In this document: in pieces, positions 8,576-16,319 of the stretch
Position numbering within the stretch: position 1 is the stretch's first letter
Layout of the letters: every line of letters starts with the position of its first letter
Assembly: GCA_017514235.1 (NCBI GenBank)
Contig: JAFWKK010000003.1
Span: forward strand, 119,905 to 183,904
Direction of reading: 5' to 3'
Length of the DNA stretch: 64,000 bases
Source: Kiritimatiellia bacterium
GTDB lineage: Bacteria; Verrucomicrobiota; Kiritimatiellia; RFP12; UBA1067
Program-made: the position numbers and the translations under genes
The notes under the pieces: model-generated
Told to the model about the DNA's origin: nothing
Seen by the model: only the letters and a program-made list of their open reading frames with translations
The model's database searches: none

Positions 8576-10786
8576 ATGAAGACACTCGTAATATTCGCGG
8601 CTGCGGCCGTTCTCGCGGCATGCGCCAGGGGCGAAACCGCAAACGCTTCGCCCACTCTCATCACCACCCGCGAAGGTCTTGCCGCCATTGCGGACAACCT
8701 CGCTGGCTCATACGCGCTCGGAGCGAACATCGACCTCGACGGAGCGGACTGGACGCCCATCGGCAACAACTCCGCGCCGTTCACCGGCACGCTCCACGGC
8801 AACGGCTACGCCATCCGCAACCTCTTCTGCACGAACAGCCTGTCGGGCAGCGACTATCGCGGACTCTTCGGCTGTGCGAGCAACGCGACGATCGAGTGCG
8901 TCTCCGTCTCGGGAACGGTCGCGGGCAAGCAGTACGTCGGCGGTCTCGTTGGATGCATCACGGGCGGAACTCTCATCAGCAACTGCATCGCGACGGTCGA
9001 AATCGCGGCGACCAACTCATACGCCGGAGGCCTGATCGGGGCGTGTGCCGGCGGCAGCGCGACCAATCGAATCGTCAACTGCCGCGCGGACGGCTTCGTG
9101 AGCGGTTCCGGCATGACGGGCGGCTTCATCGGCTACGTCTATGCGCCGGCCGTGATCTCCAACTGCGTGGCGCGCGGCGACGTGCGCTCCGCCGCCAGCT
9201 ACTACGGCGGCTTCGTCGGGCGGCTCGCCCACGATGACGCGACTATCAGCGGCTGCTGGTGCTCCGGCGCCGTGTGGGGCACGGGCGGCGACATTGGCTC
9301 GTTCATCGGCCACCACGTGAGGGGAACGAATGTCAACTGCGCGGTTTCGGCCTACGCCAACGGTCCGCGTCCGTTCTGCGGGAGCAACCCGGCCATCACG
9401 GGCGGCAGTCTCACGCAGGCGGAAATCAAGGCGCTCTCCGATGGCTGGCCTGAAGCGCCGAAGCGCGCCAAGTCCAGCGCGATGATTCCGATTTCGACAC
9501 CCGAGGAACTGTTTGCCGTCACGAACAACCCCTCGGGCAGCTATGTGCTGACGGCGGACATCGACTTCGTCGGCGAGACCATCGAGCCCATCGGCAACTA
9601 CAGGACCCCATTCAAAGGCGAGTTCTACGGACAGAACCACAAGATCAGCAACTTCTACATCGACACCTCTGAAAGGTATGCGGGTCTCTTCGGCAAGATC
9701 AACGGCGGCCGCGTGAGCGGCGTGCAAGTGGAGGAGGGTCATGTCACCGGCGGTCCGGCCGACTCCGGATTGGAGGACGTCGGCGTTGGCGGTCTCGCGG
9801 GCAAGATCGACTCCAAGACGCTGGTGGACGGCTGCTGGTTCGTCGGAGAAGTCGTGAACACGAGCAGCGCCAACGCCGGCGGCTTCGTCGGCTACACCGC
9901 AGATTCGCCCGTCATTCTCCGCTGCTGCGTGGAAAGTTATGTGGCGAACGAGTCCGGCAAGTCGTACACGGGCGGCTTCGTCGGCAACCACGGCGGCGGC
10001 TTCATCGCGGACTCGAGCGCCCAATCGTCAGTGGATAGCAGCGACGGCTACGGCGGCAATGGCGGCGACAATGTCGGCGGCTTCGCGGGCGGCGTGTCGA
10101 AGGCGGCCCGTATCGCCACCTCCTGGTGCTACAGCTACGTCTCGAGCGATGGTGGGCACTATCGCGGCGCGTTCGTCGGCCAGGCCAGTTCCGGTCTCGT
10201 CACTGGTTCCTACTATGAAGACACCGAGAACAGCCTGAAGGCCGCCGGCACGAGTAGCGGCTCCGACGACTACGCCGGCATCACGCCGCTCGGCGACGAG
10301 GAGATGCAGCGGAAAGAGTCCTTCACAGCCCTCGACTTCGACGACGTCTGGATGATCGACGAAGGGGAGACGATGCCGTATCTGCGGTGCTTCGGCGAAA
10401 TCGTGATCAGCTCGTTTTCCGACTGGCTGTCCTACTGCGAACTGCCTGCGGACTCGCGGCCGGATTACGTCACGAACGGCATACCGCTCATCGCGCGGTA
10501 CGTGTTCGGCATCAACTCCATGGATTCCGTCCTGAACGAGAACAATGAACCCGTCTTCCGCGTCGAGTTCACCGACGATGGCGAACCATACGTCCAGTTC
10601 GCGAAGCACGTCTACGGTACCGCCAGGGAAGTGACGCTCGAAGTCCTGGCCACACAAGACGCAACGGACTGGAAAGACCCCGAGATCATTCCTGTGGACC
10701 TTGACGAAGGTCGCGCCAAGCCAGCCTGCCCGGACGGCGTACCCTCTTCCATGTTCTTCCGCTGGCGGATGCACCTGGCGGAATAG
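8576..10786 (+). CDS. Secreted GLUG-motif repeat protein (adhesin or IgA-protease-like passenger type)
   Basis: The signal peptide MKTLVIFAAAAVLAACARG begins at ATG 8576; the ORF portion upstream of it reads through repeat R and is unlikely to be real. Repeated GGLVG, GGLIG, GGFIG, GGFVG and GGLAG motifs with surrounding periodicity are typical of GLUG domains. Confidence 0.75.
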   Translation: MKTLVIFAAAAVLAACARGETANASPTLITTREGLAAIADNLAGSYALGANIDLDGADWTPIGNNSAPFTGTLHGNGYAIRNLFCTNSLSGSDYRGLFGCASNATIECVSVSGTVAGKQYVGGLVGCITGGTLISNCIATVEIAATNSYAGGLIGACAGGSATNRIVNCRADGFVSGSGMTGGFIGYVYAPAVISNCVARGDVRSAASYYGGFVGRLAHDDATISGCWCSGAVWGTGGDIGSFIGHHVRGTNVNCAVSAYANGPRPFCGSNPAITGGSLTQAEIKALSDGWPEAPKRAKSSAMIPISTPEELFAVTNNPSGSYVLTADIDFVGETIEPIGNYRTPFKGEFYGQNHKISNFYIDTSERYAGLFGKINGGRVSGVQVEEGHVTGGPADSGLEDVGVGGLAGKIDSKTLVDGCWFVGEVVNTSSANAGGFVGYTADSPVILRCCVESYVANESGKSYTGGFVGNHGGGFIADSSAQSSVDSSDGYGGNGGDNVGGFAGGVSKAARIATSWCYSYVSSDGGHYRGAFVGQASSGLVTGSYYEDTENSLKAAGTSSGSDDYAGITPLGDEEMQRKESFTALDFDDVWMIDEGETMPYLRCFGEIVISSFSDWLSYCELPADSRPDYVTNGIPLIARYVFGINSMDSVLNENNEPVFRVEFTDDGEPYVQFAKHVYGTAREVTLEVLATQDATDWKDPEIIPVDLDEGRAKPACPDGVPSSMFFRWRMHLAE

Positions 10787-10862
10787 CCTCAGGGCCACCG
10801 CCTGCCGGAACGACATTTCAGCGCTCCGCGCCCCGCCCAATCGCCAGGATTTTTCAACCCAC

Positions 10863-10891
10863 TTGCGAAATCGGCGCAGATTTGAGATAAT
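10863..10891 (+). promoter_or_regulatory. Sigma-70-type promoter for fusA (-35 TTGCGA, 17-nt spacer, TGaGATAAT)
   Basis: The hexamers and spacing were read directly. It is followed by a roughly 50-nt leader carrying a AAGGAGAAGAG Shine-Dalgarno. Confidence 0.5.
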
Positions 10892-10942
10892 ATACAGAAT
10901 CATGCGGTCAAGAGGATCGCAAAACCAAGGAGAAGAGAAGAA

Positions 10943-13042
10943 ATGGCAAAGCGTGACATACCGCTCGAAAGAGTACGCAACTTCGGCATCATGGCTCACA
11001 TTGATGGCGGCAAGACGACTACATCGGAGCGAATCCTTTACTATTCCGGCAAGAACTACAAGATCGGCGAGGTGCACGACGGCGCTGCGACGATGGACTT
11101 CATGGTCCAGGAGCAGGAACGCGGCATCACGATCCAGTCGGCGGCCACGACCGTCATGTGGGGCGACTACCGCCTCGCGCTCATCGACACTCCCGGACAC
11201 GTCGACTTCACGGCCGAGGTGGAGCGCTCCCTGCGCGTCCTCGACGGCGCGGTCGCGCTCTACTGCGCGGTCGGCGGGGTGCAGCCGCAGTCCGAGCAGG
11301 TGTGGCGACAGAGCGAGAAGTACAAGGTGCCTAAGATTGCGTTCGTAAACAAGATGGACCGCGTTGGCGCGAACTTCTACAGCGTGATGGACCAGATGAA
11401 GAACCAGCTCGGCGCGAACCCGGTTCCGATGGTCATCCCGATCGGCGCGGCGGAGACGTTCGAGGGCGTCATCGACCTGGTGCGCATGAAGGCGCTGTAC
11501 TTCGACATGAAGTCGCTCGGCAAGACGGTCATAGAGAAGGATATCCCCGAGGAGTACCTGGAGAAGGCGAAGGAGTACCGCGAGAAGATGGTCGACGCGG
11601 CCGCCGCGCAGGATGACGAGCTGGCGGAGAAGTTCCTTGGCGGCGAGGATCTTACCATTGACGAGATCAAGCGCGCGATACGCAAGGGGTGCCTCTCTCG
11701 CGACATCACGCCCGCGTTCTGCGGCAGCGCGTTCAAGGACAAGGGCGTGCAGCCCCTTCTCGACGCGATCTGCGACTACCTGCCGTCGCCTCTCGACACT
11801 GGCGCGGCGGTCTCGGCGGACGATCCGAGCCAGAAGCGCGAGGTCAGCGACGACGAGCCGTTCTGCGGCCTGGCGTTCAAGATCATGTCCGACAAGAACA
11901 TGGGCAAGATCACCTTCGTGCGCGTCTATTCCGGCACGATGAAGCTCGGCGCCGAGCTTCTCGACTCTACGATCAACCAGGAGCAGCGCATCTCGCGCCT
12001 GTTCCGCATGCACGCGAACAAGCAGGAGCCGCTGGAGGAGGCGCGCGCCGGCGACATCGTCGCGTGCGTCGGCCTAACCCAGACGCGCACGGGCGACACG
12101 TTGTGCGACCCGGAGCATCCGATAACGCTTGAGTCCATCGACTTCCCGGCGCCGGTCATCTCTGTCGCCGTCAAGCCGAAGAGCCGCGGCGACAACGAGA
12201 AGCTCGGAGTCGCGCTGCACGCGCTCGCCATGGAGGACCCGACGTTCGTCGTGAGCTTCGACCAGGAGACGAGCGAGACGATCATCGCCGGCATGGGCGA
12301 GCTCTACCTCGAAGTCATCGTCGACCGCCTGAAGCGCGAGTTCAACGTCGACTGCGACGTGGGCGCCCCGCAGGTCGCCTACCGCGAGACCATACAGACG
12401 AAAGTCGAGAACGAGTACAAGCACGTCAAGCAGTCCGGCGGCCGCGGCCAGTACGCGCACGTCTGCCTCAGGCTCGAGCCGCAGGAGCCCGGCAAGGGCT
12501 TCGAGTTCGTCAACGAGATCAAGGGCGGCGTCATCCCCACGGAATACATACCGGCGGTCGAAAAAGGCGTCAAGAAGGCGCTCGAGTCCGGTCCGCTCGC
12601 GGGCTTCCCGGTGGTGGACGTCAAGGCTACGGTCTACTTCGGCAGCTACCACGAGGTCGACTCGAACGAGTTCGCGTTCATCACCTGCGCGATGCAGTGC
12701 TTCAAGCAGGCGTTCATGAAGGCGAAGCCCCAGCTGCTGGAGCCGATGATGGACGTCGAAGTCGCCGTGCCCGAGCAGTACATGGGCGCGGCGAACGGCT
12801 CCATCAACCAGAGGCGCGGCCGCGTCGAGGGCATGGAGGACCGCGCGGGCGTCAAGCTCATCAAGGCGACCGTCCCGCTCGGCGAGATGTTCGGTTACTC
12901 GAACGCGATCCGCACGGTTACGCAGGGCCGCGGCACCTTCACGATGATCTTCAAGCAGTACGAGGCCGTTCCGAAGGCAATCGCCGAGGAAGTCGTGCAG
13001 AAGCGCATCAAGGAAGGCAAGGTCCGCCCGTCGGCGGAATGA
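10943..13042 (+). CDS. fusA: Translation elongation factor G
   Basis: The 699-aa protein has the G1 motif [18 protein letters not shown] and NKMD, and the full-length EF-G architecture. Confidence 0.95.
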   Translation: MAKRDIPLERVRNFGIMAHIDGGKTTTSERILYYSGKNYKIGEVHDGAATMDFMVQEQERGITIQSAATTVMWGDYRLALIDTPGHVDFTAEVERSLRVLDGAVALYCAVGGVQPQSEQVWRQSEKYKVPKIAFVNKMDRVGANFYSVMDQMKNQLGANPVPMVIPIGAAETFEGVIDLVRMKALYFDMKSLGKTVIEKDIPEEYLEKAKEYREKMVDAAAAQDDELAEKFLGGEDLTIDEIKRAIRKGCLSRDITPAFCGSAFKDKGVQPLLDAICDYLPSPLDTGAAVSADDPSQKREVSDDEPFCGLAFKIMSDKNMGKITFVRVYSGTMKLGAELLDSTINQEQRISRLFRMHANKQEPLEEARAGDIVACVGLTQTRTGDTLCDPEHPITLESIDFPAPVISVAVKPKSRGDNEKLGVALHALAMEDPTFVVSFDQETSETIIAGMGELYLEVIVDRLKREFNVDCDVGAPQVAYRETIQTKVENEYKHVKQSGGRGQYAHVCLRLEPQEPGKGFEFVNEIKGGVIPTEYIPAVEKGVKKALESGPLAGFPVVDVKATVYFGSYHEVDSNEFAFITCAMQCFKQAFMKAKPQLLEPMMDVEVAVPEQYMGAANGSINQRRGRVEGMEDRAGVKLIKATVPLGEMFGYSNAIRTVTQGRGTFTMIFKQYEAVPKAIAEEVVQKRIKEGKVRPSAE

Positions 13043-13077
13043 TTGCCCAACCGTTTGCTACGGCAAGGGCAACTATC

Positions 13078-13107
13078 GGCCGCATGCGCATCGAAGCGCA
13101 TGCGGCC
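13078..13107 (+). terminator. Strong GC hairpin downstream of fusA (12-bp perfect stem, 6-nt loop)
   Basis: The hairpin reads GGCCGCATGCGC-ATCGAA-GCGCATGCGGCC. There is no U-tract after it, so intrinsic-terminator status is uncertain. Confidence 0.45.
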
Positions 13108-13208
13108 GATGCGTTCATATGCGCGGCATGGTCACGGCGGCGTTTCGTTCTGCCGGTCGGGGCACTTGGGCAATGAACCGGCGCAAGCGGCGCACACCTC
13201 GTTTTTTT

Positions 13209-13217
13209 TGGTATAAT
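13209..13217 (+). promoter_or_regulatory. Extended -10 box TGGTATAAT, 7 nt upstream of the sigma-factor ATG (leaderless configuration)
   Basis: The consensus is exact, it is preceded by a T8 run, and the ATG is at 13225. Confidence 0.6.
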
Positions 13218-13224
13218 AACGGCA

Positions 13225-13875
13225 ATGGCAGGGTCGTTTCCAGTTACGTCGGTCACGCTGATCGCGAAGATCAAGGATCTCGCGCCCGGCGAGGACGCCG
13301 CGGCATGGGTCAGGTTCTGGGACATGTACCAGGGCGCGATCCGTCAGTTCGCGGCGCTAAAGGGCGGTGAACAAAACGCCGACGACATAGTCATGCAGGT
13401 GCTCGGCAAGCTCGTCGACGTGCTGCGGAGCGGCCAGTACACTCCGGAGAAAGGGCGCTTCCACTCCTACCTCGCGACAATGATCGTCAACGAGGTGCAC
13501 ATGGCCCACCGCAAGAACATGGCGCGTGCAGGCGACCGCAGGATTTCGCTCGACGCCGCGTCCGACGGCCGCGACGACGACTCGGGCGCCTCCATAGCCG
13601 ACAGGCTGGCGGCGCCGGACGAGTCGCCCGAGAAGATCGACGAGGACTGGCGGCAGGCGGTCCTGCAGAGCGCGGTCAACCACGTCCTCATGCACACGGC
13701 GCTCTCCGACCGAGACCGCCAGGTCTACCGTGCCTATGCGCTCGAAGGCGAGGACATCGTAGCCGTCGCACGTCGTTTCGGCATCTCGCGGAACCTGGTC
13801 AGCCAGATCAAGACGCGCGTCGACCGCCGCATCGTCGCCGCCGGCCGCGAGATGATAGAGAACACGGGGCTCTGA
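13225..13875 (+). CDS. Sigma-70 family RNA polymerase sigma factor (ECF-like)
   Basis: The 216-aa protein has a region-2-like segment (ADDIVMQVLGKLV, FHSYLATMIVNEV) and a region-4 HTH (EDIVAVARRFGISRNLVSQIKTR). Confidence 0.7.
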   Translation: MAGSFPVTSVTLIAKIKDLAPGEDAAAWVRFWDMYQGAIRQFAALKGGEQNADDIVMQVLGKLVDVLRSGQYTPEKGRFHSYLATMIVNEVHMAHRKNMARAGDRRISLDAASDGRDDDSGASIADRLAAPDESPEKIDEDWRQAVLQSAVNHVLMHTALSDRDRQVYRAYALEGEDIVAVARRFGISRNLVSQIKTRVDRRIVAAGREMIENTGL

Positions 13876-13882
13876 CAAGACA

Positions 13883-14587
13883 ATGCTGCACGTCATCGCA
13901 ACGCCGATCGGCAACCTCGGCGACCTTTCGCCGCGTGCGCAGGACGCTCTCCGCGCAGCCTCTCTCGTAGCCTGCGAGGACACGCGGCGCACATGGCAGC
14001 TGCTCTCGCACATCGGCGTACCGCGCCCGGAGATGCTTTCGTACCGTCAGGGCAACGAGGAGCGACTCGTTGACCGCATAGTCGCGGCGGTTCAGGCAGG
14101 GCGCGAGGTCGCCCTCTGTTCGGACGGCGGGTACCCGGGAATATCCGATCCGGGCTACCGCCTCATCCGCGCCTGCGCGCAAGCCAACGTCCCCTACGAA
14201 GTGATTCCTGGCGCAAGCGCGGTCAACGTCGCGCTTCTGATGAGCGGGCTCTCCACGTCGTCCTTCACGTTCCGCGGTTTTCCGCCACGCGGCCCCGGCG
14301 CACTCCGCAACTGGTTCGCAGAAGACCGCGACAGGCCGCATACGCTCGTATGCTACGAGTCGCCGTTCCGCGTCGCCGCGACGCTCGAGGCGGCGCTGGA
14401 TGCGTTGGGCGACCGCGAGGCCGCCGTGTGCATCGAGCTTACGAAGCTCCATGAGCGCGTCTCCCGCGGCTACCTGTCGGACCTTGTCCGGGAGTTCCGC
14501 GGCACTGAGGTCAAGGGCGAAGTGACGCTGGTCATCGCCGGCGACAACCCGAAGTTCAGGAGATCCGATGCACGCGACGATAGCTGA
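13883..14587 (+). CDS. rsmI: 16S rRNA (cytidine1402-2'-O)-methyltransferase
   Basis: The N-terminus MLHVIATPIGNLGDLSPRA...ACEDTRRT and the tetrapyrrole-methylase fold signature are present. Confidence 0.9.
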   Translation: MLHVIATPIGNLGDLSPRAQDALRAASLVACEDTRRTWQLLSHIGVPRPEMLSYRQGNEERLVDRIVAAVQAGREVALCSDGGYPGISDPGYRLIRACAQANVPYEVIPGASAVNVALLMSGLSTSSFTFRGFPPRGPGALRNWFAEDRDRPHTLVCYESPFRVAATLEAALDALGDREAAVCIELTKLHERVSRGYLSDLVREFRGTEVKGEVTLVIAGDNPKFRRSDARDDS

Positions 14588-15104
14588 CGTGATCGCAGAC
14601 ACGGCGCAGAACTCAATCGAGGCGGGAGCGACGCGCATCGACGTGACGCTCGCCGAGGACGGCGCGACCGTAGCCGTCGCCATCGCAGACAACGGCAAGG
14701 GCATGGACGAGACAACGAGGCAGCGGGCGTTCGACCCCTTCTTCTCCGAAGCCGGCAAGCACGACAAGCGACGCGTTGGACTCGGGCTGCCGATACTGAA
14801 GCAACTCTGCGAGGCTTGCGGCGGCGGACTGTCCCTTGAAAGCGAAAAAGGAGTCGGTACGACGCTCCGCTACAGTTTCGACGCAACTAACATCGACCTG
14901 CCGCCGATGGGCGACCTCGCTGAGACGGTCACCACGCTGTTCAACTACCCCGGCGACTTCGAGATGTCCTTCACCCATCGCACGGCGAACGGCGAATACT
15001 CGATCTCGCGCAGCGAACTCGCCGAGGCAGTCGGCGGACTGGAATCCGTGGAGGGACTGGGGCTGGCCAAGGAGTTCTTGCGCAGCCAGGAGGATTCGTT
15101 GTGA
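14568..15104 (+). CDS. Stand-alone GHKL (HATPase_c) ATP-binding protein
   Basis: The N-box (AQNSIEAGA), G1 (DNGKGM) and G2 (GLGLPI) are present, with no HisKA or sensor domain. It overlaps rsmI by 20 nt and ruvC by 4 nt (GTGA). Confidence 0.7.
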   Translation: MHATIADVIADTAQNSIEAGATRIDVTLAEDGATVAVAIADNGKGMDETTRQRAFDPFFSEAGKHDKRRVGLGLPILKQLCEACGGGLSLESEKGVGTTLRYSFDATNIDLPPMGDLAETVTTLFNYPGDFEMSFTHRTANGEYSISRSELAEAVGGLESVEGLGLAKEFLRSQEDSL

Positions 15105-15592
15105 CGGTTCTCGGCATAGACACGTCGCTCAGAAGCACCGGATACGGCGTCTTGAACGCAGCCGGAAACCGTCTGAACATGCTCGTCTGCGGCAACATCC
15201 GCAACGCGCCGCGCCTGCCGCTCACCGCCTGCCTTAAGGCCATTCACGAGAAGGTTTCGGAACTCATCGCGGAACACCGTCCCGACGTGATGGCGATCGA
15301 ATCGGTAATCTACGGCAAGAACGCCGGCACGATGCTGGTGCTGGGCGAGGCGCGCGGCGCAGTGCTGACCGCTGCCGCCGCAGCCGGCCTTCCGGTATAC
15401 GAATACGAACCTCGCCGCATGAAGAAGGCTGTCTGCGGCAACGGGCTTGCCGAGAAGGAGCAGATTCAGCGAATGGTTAAGACGCTCCTGAACCTGCAGG
15501 AGCTGCCGCAGAACGACGCCGCCGATGCGCTCGGCCTCGCCATCTGCCACGTCCATTCCAACTCGTTGCTTTCGTCGGCGGCGGCGATCTGA
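15101..15592 (+). CDS. ruvC: Crossover junction endodeoxyribonuclease RuvC
   Basis: It has a GTG start, begins VLGIDTSLRSTGYGVL, and ends with the C-terminal DAADALGLAICH motif. Confidence 0.9.
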   Translation: MTVLGIDTSLRSTGYGVLNAAGNRLNMLVCGNIRNAPRLPLTACLKAIHEKVSELIAEHRPDVMAIESVIYGKNAGTMLVLGEARGAVLTAAAAAGLPVYEYEPRRMKKAVCGNGLAEKEQIQRMVKTLLNLQELPQNDAADALGLAICHVHSNSLLSSAAAI

Positions 15593-15599
15593 AAAACCG

Positions 15600-16319
15600 T
15601 CACCGCTCTCCGCGCGGCAATTGCAGAGGCTTGCCTCGGGCTCGGTTCCGCAGTATGCGGCAGGCGGCGACTGCCGCGCCGAAGCCGTTGTCGATGTTGA
15701 CCACGGTAACGCCTTCCGCACAGCTCGAAAGCATGGACAGCGCGGCGGCGACGCCTCCGGCTCCGCATCCGTAGCCCACGGACGTCGGAAGAGCGATGAC
15801 CGGCGCGGACACGAGACCGGCCACGACGCTCGGCAACGCACCCTCCATGCCGGCGGCGGCGATGACGACGTCGGCCTTGCGAACCTTGCCGATTACGCCA
15901 AGCAAGCGATGAAGCCCCGCTATGCCGACGTCATAGAACCGTTCGACGCGGCCGCCGAAGAACTCCACGGTCTTTGCGGCCTCCTCGGCGACAGGCAGGT
16001 CGGCAGTGCCAGCGGCGAGAACCGCTGCCGTTCCGGGCAGTTCCGGCGCCGGACGTCGCGTGCGCCATGCGCTCGCCAACGTCCTGGAGACCGGGTCATA
16101 GCATACGCCCGGCAGTCGCTCCGCTAGCGCGGCGGCCTGCTCCGCCGAGACACGCGTTGCCAGAACGGAGCGTCCCTTGCGCCGGAACGCGGCGAAAATC
16201 TCCGCGAGCTGTCCCGCTGTCTTGCCGGGACCGTAGACAGTCTCGCCGAAACCGGTGCGACGGTCGCGGTCGAAATCGAGCCTGGCGAACGCGCCGATGT
16301 CAGGCATTGAACTTCTCAC
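15600..16319 (-). CDS. larB: Nickel-pincer cofactor biosynthesis protein LarB (AIR-carboxylase-like)
   Basis: The sequence VVIAAAGMEGALPSVVAGLVSAPVIALPTSVGYG is typical of LarB/PurE-like proteins. The start is GTG 16319 or ATG 16307, and either overlaps the 3' end of the upstream gene. Confidence 0.75.
   Translation of the reverse strand: MRSSMPDIGAFARLDFDRDRRTGFGETVYGPGKTAGQLAEIFAAFRRKGRSVLATRVSAEQAAALAERLPGVCYDPVSRTLASAWRTRRPAPELPGTAAVLAAGTADLPVAEEAAKTVEFFGGRVERFYDVGIAGLHRLLGVIGKVRKADVVIAAAGMEGALPSVVAGLVSAPVIALPTSVGYGCGAGGVAAALSMLSSCAEGVTVVNIDNGFGAAVAACRILRNRARGKPLQLPRGER

Noticed and set aside
7400-8700. Diversity-generating retroelement, considered because an Avd-like four-helix-bundle gene follows a large surface-protein gene
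   Set aside because: There is no reverse transcriptase ORF in the window. I could find no template/variable repeat pair of about 100 bp differing at adenines. The protein is the longer suffix-domain type rather than the ~130-aa Avd.
10028-12013. 661-aa minus-strand ORF spanning the end of the GLUG gene, the intergenic promoter and half of fusA
   Set aside because: It crosses a clear promoter/Shine-Dalgarno region and lies antisense to an unmistakable EF-G gene. Its composition is shadow-like.
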